Source: Lama guanicoe (Eukaryota). From it: a DNA stretch of 64,000 nt. The first letter of the stretch is position 1, and each line of letters begins with the position of its first letter. The position numbers were made by a program, and so were the translations under genes. Below, in pieces: positions 1 through 14,154 of the stretch. The DNA lies in the NCBI GenBank assembly GCA_013239625.1, contig MU056050.1:3334084-3398083 (forward strand). The letters run 5' to 3'. The notes beneath the pieces were generated by a model that had not been told where the DNA came from, made no database searches, and saw only the letters and a program-made list of their open reading frames with translations.

Positions 1-29
1 ATTTCTCAATATATTTAATTCAAAATATT

Positions 30-530
30 TGCCCTGGTAATCAAGGTCCTTTGATAATCTGGGCCTCCCTAACTTACTTTCTATTGATTTCAAACATGTC
101 TTCCATGCCAGTCAAGCTAGTCTCCTTATTGTACTATAAAAATGCCAGGTTTCTTCTTTGCTTTCCTTTGAAATGTTCTCCATGTAAACAGGTTTCCCTT
201 TTTCACTCTGTTTCTTTAAATTCGACCTGTCTTTTCAGTTATAGGACAAGTTCCAATTCCCTCATGAGGACTTCCCCAATCTATTGCTTTAACTGATCTC
301 TCCCTTTGCTAACATCTTAAAATACTCACCATGCCCCAGCCCCCAACATGGCATTTGATTCAATATAGCCTTGTCACTTACTTTAAGTATGTCGATCCTG
401 TGTGTCAAACTAGACTGCAAAGTACTTGAGGGGACTGTCTATGCCTCTTCTTTTATCCCCTGCCTTGTTTCTAGCTTTGGTGCTAGGCACATGGTCAAGA
501 CATAATAAATATTTGCTGACTGCTAACTGA
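30..530 (+). mobile_element. L2 3' fragment
   Basis: ctagactgcaaagtacttgaggggactgtct...gtgctaggcacatggt...taaatatttgctga. Confidence 0.7.
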
Positions 531-1164
531 TCGCTAGTGTTGTCTAGTAGCCTGGGCCTATAAACACTGCCAGTTCTGTCAACAGAGGCTGTGTAGCTTC
601 TTCCAGAGATTATGTCTGCATAAAAAGAAGCCTCTGGTATAAATTGCGATAACTGCCACTAGAGAATTCACCTGCAGGAAAGGGACCTTGGGCATATTAC
701 CTAGTGCTCTAGGAGGCCCTGATGCCAGGTTTTCCACTGTCATAATACAGCTATTCCATGTGCTAATGTGAGGGTGTGAGTTTCTTAAATAATTCACTGT
801 AGGTCTGTATCTGCTTAGTTTTCTGACGTGGCTTTGGCATTCTAATTTCCAATAGGTAATGCCCTAGAATTACCATGGATTACAAATAGGTGAGAAAGTT
901 GGACACACTCTAGAAGTCAAGAATTTAGCATTTTAAAGAAACACTTGATTTCCTGTGAAAACTCTACTTTCAAATTTAAATGTTCCATTTCATTATGCAT
1001 GAGCAAAAGACATCCAAGGTTTCACTGACAAATCCATTCAGAAGGTAAAGAATTTAACTCCAAGATCTAGAGCCACTCTTTTCCTGCACTCCTTTCCTCA
1101 CTTAACTCACTAGTCATCTACACTGTGTCCCCTCATTCCCAGACCCTGCCCTATTCTCCAAGGT

Positions 1165-1292
1165 CCTCTCTGCTTCTCTCTCTCTCTCTGTTTCTGTCTG
1201 CCTCTCTCCCTCTCCATCTTTCTCTGTCTCTCTCCGTCTCTGATGTTCTCTCTCTGCCCCCTCAACACACACACACACCCCCCACCACACAC
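1165..1292. repeat. Imperfect (CT)n followed by (CA)n
   Basis: Seen directly. Confidence 0.9.
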
Positions 1293-3439
1293 TTATCCTA
1301 TCTCCCCAGGTAGACCACAACCCATGGTCGTACACTTGACACTTTAAGAATGTATTTCCCTAAAGCTTGTACTTTCTTGTTCCCTTAATTCTTCCATTTG
1401 TTTTACATTGACAGAGAGTAAAAAGTTCAACAGTAGCAGTTATTATTATTGTCCAATGACTCTATCAGAAGACAAGCCTGTTTTCTGCACTGTGCATTCA
1501 TCACCTTTACTTATTCCTGAAGCCGCAGGAGGAAAGCTCACCATTCACTCCTCTGAAGCTCTCACTAAAGATGTGTACCTCCTTCCAACTGTGATCACAC
1601 ATTCATTTTATGCCTACACTTACGTACCCGCCTGGTACTCATGTCACACTTCTTCACCCTTCAAAAGGCACCTATGTCTTTTGTTTGTGTGCATTTTGTC
1701 TCCCCAAGTCCATCTTAAGTTCTAGGTCACTTGATTCCTTGAGTGTTAGAATAGTATGCTTGCTTCTTTTGGTGGATGAGACCACCGTAAGTGTCCTACA
1801 CACTGTGGGGGCTCCATAAATGTTGTCATATTGAGAGTCAAATGCATGCCTGAAAGTATCCTTTTAAAGCTAACTCTCAAATATCTACAAAATGCCCAAG
1901 GGAGCCCAACAGAGGAATAGGTAAGATTGAGCAGAAGAGCTTATTAAAAATGATCTGGGCCTGCAATACAATTTCTTTTGGACTGGATTTTTCCTTAGGC
2001 TTAGGACACGTGCTAATTCTCCCGGCTGCTTTAATCATGTAGATATTAAACAACGTGGGGGCATTAAATAGTCCTTTAGAGTTCTGAGAAGTACACGCTA
2101 TGAATAGAAACGAGAGAGGATGAAAGCCAAGCATGTGGTGACTGGCAGTCCCAGCAGCAGGTGTCTTGACTGAGGACGGACCTCACGATCTACTGGAAAA
2201 TGCAAAAATGGAGAAACCCAAAGCTGTCACAGAAGAAGGCTTCAAAGCTCAATCCAAATTAAAGAGGGTTTCAGACTTTCATGGAGGCTTTTAAAAGGAA
2301 AACGTTAAGTTTGTCTGAATTGTAAATAGAATCCATCTGAAGACATATTTTCGCTTTTAAAAAATCAACCCACAACACAAAGGCAAAAAAAGTCAACAAT
2401 GACAACACTAACATTTCAACAGAATATAAAGTCCAACGAGCGAGGTTGATAGCCAAACCTTTTTTTAAAGTAATGGTAGCCAGGAAAGAAGATGATGGGT
2501 CGTAAGAATTCACCACCTGGAAAAGGGAGTTACCTGGGGAGTGACAGCTGCCATAGGAAAAGTGGAACAAACATACCTGCTGTCAGGCACACCTGTTCTT
2601 TTCAGGGAGAGGAACCATGAGGCTGAAACAGCAGAAAATGCCCAAGAGCAGGATAGGATGCCTCTTGCGACCCTTAAATATTGTCCCTGATTCCTCGGGA
2701 GTTATTTCCTTGGCAGGAATGGCGGCAGAGCAGCCACATAAGATCCTCTGCAAGTCTGTCAGATTTCATGGTCTCTCAAGTTGATTTTCTGGCAGATAGA
2801 GGGAGATTCCTTAAAGACCTGAGCAGAGGAAGGAAAGCATTTTCTATGGCCTATGCTGCTGAAAGAAGATGAGTTGTTATGTGCTATATTAAAATACTAC
2901 TTAAAGGTATTGGATCTCAGGTGGCGTGAGACCTATCAGGACTGGTAGGGCAGACAGAGGAAGGGGCGAGAGAAAATACAATCACTGCTCCCTCTTCACC
3001 GCCCCCAGCACTGGCCAAAAGGCCCTTCATCACCATGGGAAGTATTTGGCCTTTAAGAGTAGATGGCCACTTGTGAACATGCCATCATTGCTGGTTCCAT
3101 AAGGTTACTACCTGGTCGTTGATGCTCGCAAAAGTTGAATTCTGAGCTTCCACAGTCACCTAGAGAATATTGCAGCCCCATGAAAATAAATCAGACCAAA
3201 ATGGCAAGATAGCTCTATAACAGATTAGCTATACTAGCTTTGTAAACGCTCACAATGCCCTACAGGAAAGCCTGCTGCCAGCAGATAAGCCAAACTAGAG
3301 TTCAGTATCAGTGGCAATATTTTGTCCTGCCTTGTAAAAAAAAAATGATATAGTAAGGGGTGGAACTAATTGAGGCAGTGGCAATAGTGAGATAGAGGAA
3401 TTTTAAATGCAACTTGTGTAACAGCCCAAAAATGGACTA

Positions 3440-3770
3440 AAAATATCCAATATTTCTGAGCATCCACTAGGTACTCTATGTTTGGTACTGTAAGGAATTC
3501 AAGAGACCTCTATGTCAATATAATTAAAAATATTTACAGTTCCTACCCTTAAGGAAGCTACGATTTCATTGGGGAGACACGCTTTATAACCCATGCTTAA
3601 GCCAGTAAATAGTGAACGACAAGACTGTGAATGTCAGACAATAAGAACCACAGGAGTTCACAGAAGGCAGTGTGCAATACATACAGAAGTCGGGAAGGAA
3701 GACTTTATCAAAGAGAGGAGACTTGAGTTAGGCCTTGAGGGATGGATAGGATTTGTAAATACAAGAAAGA
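3440..3770 (-). mobile_element. L2 fragment
   Basis: gacttgagttaggccttgagggatggataggattt. Confidence 0.6.
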
Positions 3771-4093
3771 ATGCCAGAAAGAATGTTTGTAACTAAAACT
3801 CAAGGGAAATATGACCTTCAGCATGAGTCACAGTTACCATGTTTACTCTTGAGTACAAGAATCAGTGGAGACATTCTTATTAATATGGAAATTAAAGTTC
3901 CTAGAGACGAAAATGAAATAAATCACAATTTATGTGGGTTTTTTCTAACTTGCATATATGCAAACAGAAAATAAATTTTTTAAATTTTACTTTAATTAAA
4001 TTGCAGGCATCTCTGAATACTTCAGTTTAAGATCACAATCAGTGCCAGAGTAAAAAAAAAATCCCAAGAGGTGCCTCTGAATGTGTTCCATAA

Positions 4094-4158
4094 TAAAGTC
4101 ACTACACTACCAAGTGTAGTGACTTTACCCAGTTTAAGTTATTTACCCAGTTTAAGTT
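4094..4158. repeat. Perfect 15-bp inverted repeat overlapping a 17-bp tandem duplication
   Basis: taaagtcactacact-acca-agtgtagtgacttta; tttacccagtttaagtt at 4124-4140 and 4142-4158. Confidence 0.92.
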
Positions 4159-4229
4159 CCTCTGTAATTAAAAATCATTTTTGCATGCCTTGCTCCTTAG
4201 TTTTTATATAGCTACAGAACACTATATAA

Positions 4230-4800
4230 ACTATTTTGCACAATACATTTTCCACAGAAATATTTTCACATGTTATCTCATGCTTTTTTATTATTAAGAG
4301 AAAAGTAATTGCATATGGTAAACATTTCCAAAAGTATAAAAAAAATAGGATAAAAAGTGATACTTCCACTACCCTTGTTCTTAAGTGCTACTCCCCATAG
4401 GTAACAATTAAGAATATTTGTGTATCTTTTATTCATGTACACACCTATATGTTTGTATGTGTGTGTGTGTGCGCCTTTGTATATGTGGATCAAAGTGTAG
4501 TGTGTGTGTATTTCTGTGTACGAGTGTATGTATAATACATTTTAAATAAAATTCAAGAGCTTTTCACACAGACTATTCTATACTTTGTTAATTTTGTTTA
4601 ACAATATAATATTGTTGAAGATGTATCTGTCTATATCCTTTTAAGGGCCGCATAGTATTCCATATGCGGAAGAAGTGATTTTCTTAACTAGTCACTACTT
4701 ATAGAGATTTAAGAGATTCCATTTTGTTTTTGTCAGATTTTATGACAATCTTCCCCCAAAGAGACTACATGGACTTGCATTACACAAGAGTGCCTGATTC
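4230..4800 (-). mobile_element. Old L1ME-like 3' fragment with embedded (TG)n
   Basis: Motifs ctccccataggtaac and gcatagtattccatatg; TG repeat at about 4455-4530. Confidence 0.5.
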
Positions 4801-5834
4801 TCTGTATTTTACGGTAATAAAATCACAGTTCTTACTAATATCCTCAAATATTCAGATGAGCTTCTTCTCAGCTGCTCTAAATTAGTGAGAATCATGATAC
4901 AATCCTTTCCTTTTATTTTGATGACACTGTTGCTGTTGTGACATAACTTGTTCCTTTTGCTAGTTTTCAGCTCTTTTATACTGTATTTGTCCGTGCAGGG
5001 AGGGGAAGGAGAGGAAAACTGTGCTGTTCTCTGCTTTTGTATTATTTTTGACTATTGCGTATGTGGTTTGTGAGGAGCCACTTTTCCTAGTATGTACAGT
5101 ACTACAAACAATGGTGGCAGAATAGGTAGGAAATCAACAGTGCTTCTGAACAGGGAGTCTGGCAAAGGATGGGAGATATAGAAAGAAAGGATGGTGAGAC
5201 AACCAAATGTAATTTAACTATGAATAGTCAGTTCTTTCATCTTTCCTCCAAAACACTGATATCTCCAGTGAAAGAAAGTGGAAACATAAATAGTTTAGGA
5301 GGTAATGAGAACATGACCACAACCATTCTTTTGGAAGATTATATAGCAATGTTGTCCTATAATGTTAAACTGGCTGTTTAATTGCTGATACCACTTATTG
5401 TGGATTGCCTCACATTATTCCCTGGGAATTAAGGGGGAAATAATAACTGAGCAGAATCAGGGTGTAAACATAATCTTCCTGGGAATAAAATACTCTTTTA
5501 TAAGAGGTGGGCAATTCAGGCAATTAAATGAATGCTTTGGGACACCACTTAGACTGTGCATTCACAGCATACTTACAATATTTGTAAACAAAAAAGGAAC
5601 AATGGAATTGACTATTCAGACAGGTTACTTCTGAGTCTAATTCCCCACCTGTAAAACTAGGTGGCTATACAAGATGATTTCTAACAGCTCTTTCACTTCT
5701 ATGATTCTGATATTAGGGACATATCTAATAATCATACGGTACAGCCATAAAATATTCTGTGGTCCAAAAAATGTTAAAATACTCTTTCAGACTTGTCACA
5801 AGTCCATTATTAATATTTTTTAAAAAATAAAGAT

Positions 5835-7060
5835 AGTCTGGAATGCCTTTTGTTCCTCTGTGCCTGGCTTGATTTTCCTTTTGATCCTAGCTCAGGTGTC
5901 ATATCTTCCAGGAATCTTTCCCTGACCCTTCCAACCCCCTATTTGAGTAAGATGTTTCTCCTACTGTTATTATCACACTGTATTTTAAGTTATCTATGTT
6001 TTGTTCAGTCTCCTCATCAGATTATGATAAACCCCTTATTGGCAGTGATTACTGTATTCCTCATGCTTAGTATGATACCTGCCACATAGCAGAGACTCAA
6101 TAAGTGTCTGCTGAATTAATTAAAGCCTGACAGCCAAACCACTCTTGTTGACTATTTTTATGGTAGAAACGTTGGAACTTCCTACATTATTTACTAATAA
6201 ATGAAAATACCTATTTATATTCTTAGATATCTAATGGATATCTCTAAATAAAGATGTTTAAAACAGAATTCTTGATCGATAGCCTAAAACCGATTCATTT
6301 CTTAGTCTTCCTCACTCAGTTGCTCCAGCCAGAAACCTGACTCATTCTTGATTCTTCCCTCTCCCTCTCCCTCTCCACTCAAATATAACCTGGAACAGAA
6401 ACTGCTATTGGCTGTAGCTCCAGACTATATTTCAATTTAGTCCACTTCCCTCTAGCTTCTTATATGAACCTCTACAATAATTTCATAATTGATTTCTCCT
6501 ATCCTTTTTTGTTTTCTCCATTCATTATCCAAACAACAGCCAAAGTAATCCTTTAAACATTTATGGAAACACCCTCTGACCCTTGATTAAAACTCATCAG
6601 TATCTTCCCATCATCCTTAAGAGAAAGACTAAAATCTTTAGCATGACCTACAGAGCCGTAGGTCTGGTCTCTTCCTATCTCCCCAGCTCATCAAGTAGCA
6701 CCTTTTCCCTCTATCTCGACCCCACAGCCATAGTGGTCTCCTTAAAGTTACTGAAACATACCAAACTCTTTCAACGCCTCTGAGACTTTGCGTATGCTGT
6801 TCCTCCTGCTTGGAATGCTATCCCTGGTTCTTTACGTGCATGGCTCTTTCTCATCCTCTTAGCTCAGTTTAAAGATTACTTCTGTAGATAAGCTGTCCCT
6901 GAACACATTAAGCAGATCCCCAGCCTTATCCTGCTATCTTCTAACAACGCATTCTGTTGGTTACCTTCACAGCACTTCTTATTTTCTCTCTCTTCTGGGT
7001 AGAGTCTTTAGCTGTTTCATTTACCACAATATTCAGCACATAGTATGTTGAAAAGAAATA
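5835..7060 (+). mobile_element. Two adjacent L2 fragments (about 5835-6120 and 6215-7060)
   Basis: tacctgccacatagcagagactcaataagtgtctgctgaattaat; gccagaaacctgactcattcttgattc; tgctgttcctcctgcttggaatgct. Confidence 0.75.
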
Positions 7061-9349
7061 TTAAGCAGATGTATAATAGATACCAATTGAGAATACAAAT
7101 AATGATTAACACTGTCTTTGATGCAAAACCCAAATACGGTTAAACATGGGGGAGGGGTACTCCTAATAAACAGATTTTTTAGTGGTGAGTCACAATTCTT
7201 AAAGTGTCTTATAACTATTTAGCACTTATCCACTACATCTTACCCATAAATATTGACAAAAACTACTGAAAACATTTACCCCTTTATTCACTCATTCATT
7301 CAACAAATGATACAGTAATATGAAATCAATAATGACTATAATCATCTATATTTAGAAATACTGTTATCATAAATGGATGGATCCAATGAAAAATAAAATG
7401 GAACTATCATTTATTTATTTATTTGGTAAATCATATTTAAATGACTTTAAACTCCTCTACAGGGATGTGCTTATTCTTCCTATAAATGGAGAGCAGACTC
7501 TATACATGGAGAGTAGCATCTGCAGATTTTATTTTACTTTCATTGTTTCAAGAGTGCCTACTGCAATGCTCAGCAAATAAATGATGCTCATGTCAGAGCT
7601 TCTCCCTGTATTACCAGACACAGACCATGAGTTTTTCCATTATAAAACTCACACTAAGATTCAAATGGACAAATTCCCTGAGAAAGCACAGACAAAATAT
7701 AGATAAGAAGAAAAAACCCTAAGAAGAACTGGAAAGTTAGTCAGTGATGATGGGCACAATCAGATTAGGAGAAGCACTATCACGCAGCATCAACTGCACA
7801 TTCACATTTAATTTGGGGGTGGTACTAGGCTCATCACTGCCCAAATACTAAGTTTGTTTATCCCTTCCAGTAGCTTAACATCCAAGATGCTGATTATACT
7901 GCATGGTACATAAATAATTTGAAGGGCTATTATTCATGGTGCCTTACATAGCAACTCGATGGGCTATGTCATTGCAGTATATTATTTGTTATTGAACTTC
8001 CTCATTTTCATTTGCTGAGCTGATTTTTATCAATACTATTACAGATTCTTTTTATTTATAGCTTCTATTAATCTTGACTGTGTATTATTTGCATCAAAGA
8101 GTGGTCTAAAGTGTTCCTATTAAAATGATTAACATTTTTTTCACTGAAATTTAGCCAAAATATTAAAGAAAATAAATTGTGATATAACTCCATATATGTT
8201 GGTGCAAAGAAAAACATAAGTTAATTTCAGTTGTAAACAACCCTTCTCCGTTATATTATAAAATATAATCTAAACACATAAATGCTTGGACATGGGTGCC
8301 ATCCCCAAAATAGCATAGCAATGAGATAGTATTTGGCCAGAAAAAGAAAAAGCAAGATTTGGAAAATGCCCTCCTAAAGGTAATAATATCCTTACAATTT
8401 CAGCTGAAGTTCAAATTATAAGGTCCAATTCGGGTAATTCAAACTGTTTTCAATAAGGAACAGGAATTTAGGAGTGCCCTTGTTGTTTTTTTTCTGCCTA
8501 TGAGATGTCAAGTATCTGGTTTATTTACGCCATTCAGCTTTCAATCGACTGGTTCAGTATCATATAAACATTGACTAAAAATGATCTTTACAATGAGCAG
8601 GCCTGTGATATGTGTGGATGACTACCACAATTTTAGGTTTCACAATAGCCACAGTAAATGATTTGCCTCTAGCAACTCCATCTACTTACATGTCAGGAGA
8701 GGAACATGGTTTAATAAATTTGAATTGGTTCTGAAATGGGAATTGCATAAGGATGATGACAGTGAGAAATATGGTAAAATGGAAGAATTATTTTTGAAGT
8801 CTCTTTTCTTCATGTAGAAGACTACTGAGAGTTTGTAGAATTACTGAAAAGGGTAGAAACTGCATTTGTGGATTTCTTAGTGAACATAATCTCTCCACAG
8901 ATTCCTGGCTAAACTGTAAAACTCCAGCATTCTGGTAAGTAATTGTATATACATCAATGCTCAAATGAAGGCATTCTGTAGAAGTTGTATGCACAATAAA
9001 TCACCATCTGTACTTGGCCCTTGGAGTCTATTTGAATGCCCATTCAGTCTAAGGCGGCTGGCTAGATATGTCATTGATTTTCTTCTTCAGTGCCATCCCT
9101 GGGAAAAAAGCCAATGTTTAATAATGGAAAAGACCACAATTTAAAAAGGGAGGGAGAGAATGAGAGGGTATTTTGAACTCACATCAGCAAGTTCCTGGAA
9201 ACTAGGGACATTAACAAGATATTCATGGATGTACGCTGGATATAAGTAAAAATATAAAAACAAATATTTATCTGAATCAGAAAGGGCATTACAACACCTT
9301 TGACTAGGAAATCTCACTCTGACAATGATCTCCTATCTTCCACCTATTG

Positions 9350-9630
9350 GATCTTACCATGGCCATAAAACCCTCTCTTCAGCTTTGTGGTTCAAAGACC
9401 ACAACGTTGAGGATCTCTTCCTATTCCCCTTGTCTATCAGCCCCAGTCTGTTTTACTTTCTTCAGAGAATATATCGATAGCCAGAAACATCTTGTTTAGT
9501 ATTAATCTCCCTTTACTAGAGTGTAAACTTCCTTAAGTAGGGACCATGTCTATGTTTTTCATCACTGTGTCACCAACACCTATAACAAGACCTGACACAC
9601 TGTGAACACCCAATAAATACTTGTTGAGTG
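9350..9630 (+). mobile_element. L2 3' end
   Basis: actagagtgtaaactt...cctgacacactgtgaacacccaataaatacttgttgagtga. Confidence 0.7.
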
Positions 9631-9689
9631 ATGTAATAAATTGCCACAGTTGATCAGTTCATGTGTGAGCTCCTGACCCAAGCTTTATA

Positions 9690-10135
9690 AATCAAGGTAC
9701 ATTTCACAGATTCCACCCCTGATCATGACTGATAGATCCAGGAGTGGGGAACTGAACCATGCAGAGATAATCAGAGTCCTTGCTCACTATTTTAGGACTT
9801 GGAGCCCACAGAATAGAATCCTTCTCTCTCAGGGTGGCTAGAACTGTAAGAGGAGAAGCTCATGAGCCCTTATACTAGCCATGTTTCTTACTCTGTGCAG
9901 AAATCTTATGTGCATAAAGCAAAATGAAGTTTAAATATAAAGATCACTAGAAAGATTTAGAAACTGCTGATAATATTTGATTCACTAGTTCTACTTGTTT
10001 CTGATGTCAGTCACAACCCTGCCTTAAGTTTGATATTTAAAACTTTTTAAAATTCTCTGAACCAATAAATTCCCCCTTTTGCTTCAGTTAGTTAGAGTTG
10101 ACTTTCTGTCACTTACAACCAAGATCCTAATTTAT
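9690..10135 (+). mobile_element. MaLR solo LTR (MLT1K-like)
   Basis: 3' end aataaattcccccttttgcttcagttagttagagttgactttctgtcacttacaaccaaga. Confidence 0.7.
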
Positions 10136-10239
10136 ATGCTATCCTTCCTTGCAATTCTAATGCCACTAAGCATATTTGTTCCTAGTCTGTTCTATGTCTT
10201 AATTGTTCACTCTGTTACTGTTTCCCACTCCATGCACAA

Positions 10240-11580
10240 CCCTTTCTCACTGAGTCTTGGTAAATGACACCGTCTCCTTAGTAACATAGAAAACAGATGT
10301 TATGAGACAACATGAACTCCTCCTATTATCCCTCTTTCTCCTACGTTTCCGAGACTAAACCTCCCATCTGTATTCCAGATCTCACCCCTTTAGGCTTTCT
10401 CCAGGACCTTGCTTCATCAGTTATTACCTATCTTTCTTATCACTTAAATTTTTTCTTTTTTCCTTAGTCATTTTCTTTCATTCTATAAGCATTCATTCAT
10501 TCATACTTCAAATATTTATTCATTGTCTCTGAGGGAGATACAGGGCTGGGCCAGCTTACATACTCAAGTTTTCTCCTTTATTCCCACAAAATAAATAAAC
10601 AAGACAACAAAGATTCCTTCCTCGAACCTGTGTTCTCCTTAGCTCAGCTAATGCCCCTTTCCTCAACCATCCTAACTCTTCTAAGTCAAGTATACTAAAA
10701 GGTTATACTTAGTGTATCCACTTGTTTCTTTTCCTCTCATTCCTCAATCGACTGGAATCTGTCTTCTGCCTTTACTATTACATTAAAAACTCTCTTGGTA
10801 AAGTCACTAATGAACTCCTACTTGCCAAATATGGTAAGGATGTCAGAGTCTTTACTAGACTTTCCTTTATATATGATACTGTCATCCCCTTTTCCTGGAT
10901 TCTTTGTTGTTTCTTGACTTCTGTAATACCACTTTGTCTTCATTCTCCATCTAGTTCTCTAACTACCCAGCATTTTTCCTGGGCTCTTCTTCCTACCAGT
11001 CCTTTAAATCTTGGTGTACACCATGGTTTTGTCCATTATCTTCTTTTCCTGTGTTCTATTCACTATACATGTTCTTCCTGTAGGATCACATCCAATCTAA
11101 TGTATCAATTATGCATAAACAACTCCCAAATCCATTTTCTAGCACAACTACCACAAGTTTATATCTAACTTCATACTAGATATTTCTCCCTGGAAAACCT
11201 ACAGTCCCTGCAAAGTCACATTCAAATGAGAACACTTCTCCAAAACTTTCTCTTTCTTGCTTCCATACCTTGATTGTTAGCACCCCTCTTCACTGACTTG
11301 CCAAAGATGGAGACCTTCCCTACTTTCTTTCCTTCATCACACACATTCAGTCAGTCACTAAGTCCTGCTAATTCTAGTTTCTCTCTCGTATACATCTCCT
11401 TTTCTTTACTCACACATTTAATGCTTATGTTAAGCTCCTCATCATCTCTTCCCCTAGATTACTGCACTGTCTTTCTAACTGGTAACTTTTCAACTTGTCA
11501 TTTACTCTTCCAATGTGTCCACCACATGGCCAACAGAAAGTACAAAAGTTATGAAATCTACTCCCAATTTAAAGGAATAT
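10240..11580 (+). mobile_element. L2 internal fragment
   Basis: Pyrimidine-rich L2 ORF2 remnant (aactctcttggtaaagtcactaatgaactcctacttgccaaat). Confidence 0.75.
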
Positions 11581-13889
11581 GATTAAAGCACAGCAAAGTC
11601 CACTTGAAGACTATACATCTTTTCCCCATTAGACTGATTATAAATCATTCAAAATGTACCTTTGAATGTTTCAGTTATTTTGTTTAAGCTGTAATTAACT
11701 AGTAAAGTAGAAGTCTATTAATAAGTATAAGAAGTCACTGAACACTGGCAATAGCATTGGACAGAGAGGCAAAAACAGTGGAGAAAAAGAGATGGCAATA
11801 TAATTTGGAGGAGAATTAAATTCTTACCTGACTTCTTGTTACAACTTAGATATTGCTAGAGTTCAATCACTTCTTCTGAACTAAATCTACATGCAGATCA
11901 AGCCCAATATTATATGATTAGCATATATTGGAAGTCACTGCTGTTCTCTTGTACCTGAACACAGGCATCATAAAGAAATGTCACCAGTTTTATTATTTTT
12001 ATTTCAAATAGATGTCAGTCTTGTCATTTTCTAAGGTCTGTTCTTCAAATAAGGAATTATAAAGAAGAATCTCAGAAATGAGTATTTCAGTTTTAGGAGA
12101 CTAAGGCGGATCAGACAGGCCAGTGCCAAAAAGGAAATCATCACACAGAGATATTGTTGATTATCTTAGCAAATCTCCCTTTCCATTTTACTTTTCTTCT
12201 TTGGTTCAAAGATTCTCTCCAGAGGCGAAAGGGAGGGCTGCACATTTCAAATTATTTTTGGGACTTTGATTAACTGTGCCACAAGACCCCAGGTGACTAT
12301 TAATATACTAGTAAAGGCAGTTAAAAGAAGACCTAAGGTCATGCAGTGAGTGAATGAAGCAAAATTGAAAGCATGAGTCTTGACCCAGTGATGTGATCTT
12401 TCTGGTAGACAATATAGTAGAGGCAATCCGAAAGGGGGCAAATGGGAATAAGGGACACTATCTGCACAAAAGGTTAGAAGACAAGGCTTCTCAGCATGGA
12501 ATTCTGTATTAAAATGAAAGAACTTACCAAGTGAACTTTCAATGCATGTATTCTATCTCAATAAAGCACAATCCTGTTACAACGCAGCCCACGATTATAA
12601 GGCTACAGATATACTGTAGAGAAAATCCTGTGCCTTGAAATATAAAGGCTCAGTAAGACAAAAGCCCAAATAAAAAAGCTACCAGTTATGCTTCCAAACA
12701 TCAGCTTTACAAAGGGATGCTGCTGAATTTAATTTGTGTCTGTGACCAAAAGGAAATTCTTTGAATAGTAAATGTTCCATAAATGCTTGTCCAATTGAAT
12801 TATCTAATTGGCTAATGTCAATTTTTTAATGTTCAAGGAGCATTTGGGATTATACATTGATTAGCTAACAAGTATTTCTCATCTAAAGAAAACCGGAAGC
12901 TCGTTCCATAGCTTACCAAGGTTTTCGCAAGAGGAGACAAACATTTATAAGATTGCTGTTAATTATGTTTCCACTTCTCATGAATTGTTTACTTTTATTA
13001 TTTACCTATGTCTCGAATGGTATTGAAGCAAGCCATGTAAGTCCCTTTGTCAACTGCCAGAAGTATAATTCTCCACAATTAATCAGTAAAAAGAGAATTA
13101 AGCGTTGCTTCTTTAGAATTAGGAAAAACCTGCTGCTGATAAATTGAATGCATTAAGAAATTAACATACCAGTAAATGATTGATCATTACAATTATCTGA
13201 ATTTGCATTTCTAGAATTCTACTGAAAGAACTCAAAATCACTCTTCTAAGATATTTTTAGCCACATTCCCCAACTGGATAAAGTGTACAAGAGATGTGCT
13301 ACTTGTTATTACAATTAGAAGTTCAAGCATTTATTTAAAATGCTCACAACTGGGCTTTAAATAAACCAATCCAATGTATTAAAACATGAACTGCATATAA
13401 GGTTTTACCAGCTAATTTTTTTATCTGCCCTGATGTATAAAAGAACAATTCATCAGTATGTCATGAATTGCAAAGGATTGTAAGTCACCCAACTACTAGG
13501 CATCTTGATTAAAAAACTGGAGGCAAGCAGATCATTTCAATAAAAATTATTTGGCAGTTGCAAGCAACTCTGTACAGGTAGCCCATGAAAATATTACAGA
13601 GGAGTAAATAAAATAGAGTAATGCTACACAAGAAACACCATTCTCAGTCAGAGCTAAAAGCAAACACTTTTCTTTGATGATAAATAAGAAGTATTAATAA
13701 TAATAACTAATAAGCTAATTATGTACCAGACACTCTTCTGGTGGAATTGCATTAATTCAATAAATATTTATTAGATGCCTAATATGTTCCAGGCACTGTT
13801 CTAAGTACTGGGATTCAGCAGAGAACAAAGCAGACAAAAATTCCTGCTCTCACAGAACTTAATTCTCTTGAGAGAGACAGAAAATAAAT

Positions 13890-13995
13890 GAGTAAAATAA
13901 AAATATAATAAAAATATAAATATATTTATATATATTATTGTATGTGTATATATATATATAGTAGGTATAAAAATATAAAATATAAATAAAATAGA
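13890..13995. repeat. AT-rich low-complexity / (TA)n inside L2
   Basis: Seen directly. Confidence 0.85.
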
Positions 13996-14022
13996 CAAAA
14001 TAGTATATCAGATGATGACGAG

Positions 14023-14154
14023 TAGAGTGACTGATATCTCAGTTGTCTCAGAGAGTCTTGGTTTATCCCTGTGGTCTTAGGGTGATTAATCCTAGTGTAC
14101 ACTTTCACTCTCAGAAATGTCCCAGTTTGGACAATAAATTATACAATCACCTAA
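14023..14154 (-). mobile_element. MER94-like hAT-Blackjack MITE nested in L2
   Basis: TIR-like ends tagagtgac...aatcaccta; internal ctttcactctcagaaatgtcccagtttggacaataaattata. Confidence 0.75.

Noticed and set aside
1110..1335. RE-rich and LS-rich ORFs
   Set aside because: Translations of the (CT)n/(CA)n microsatellite.
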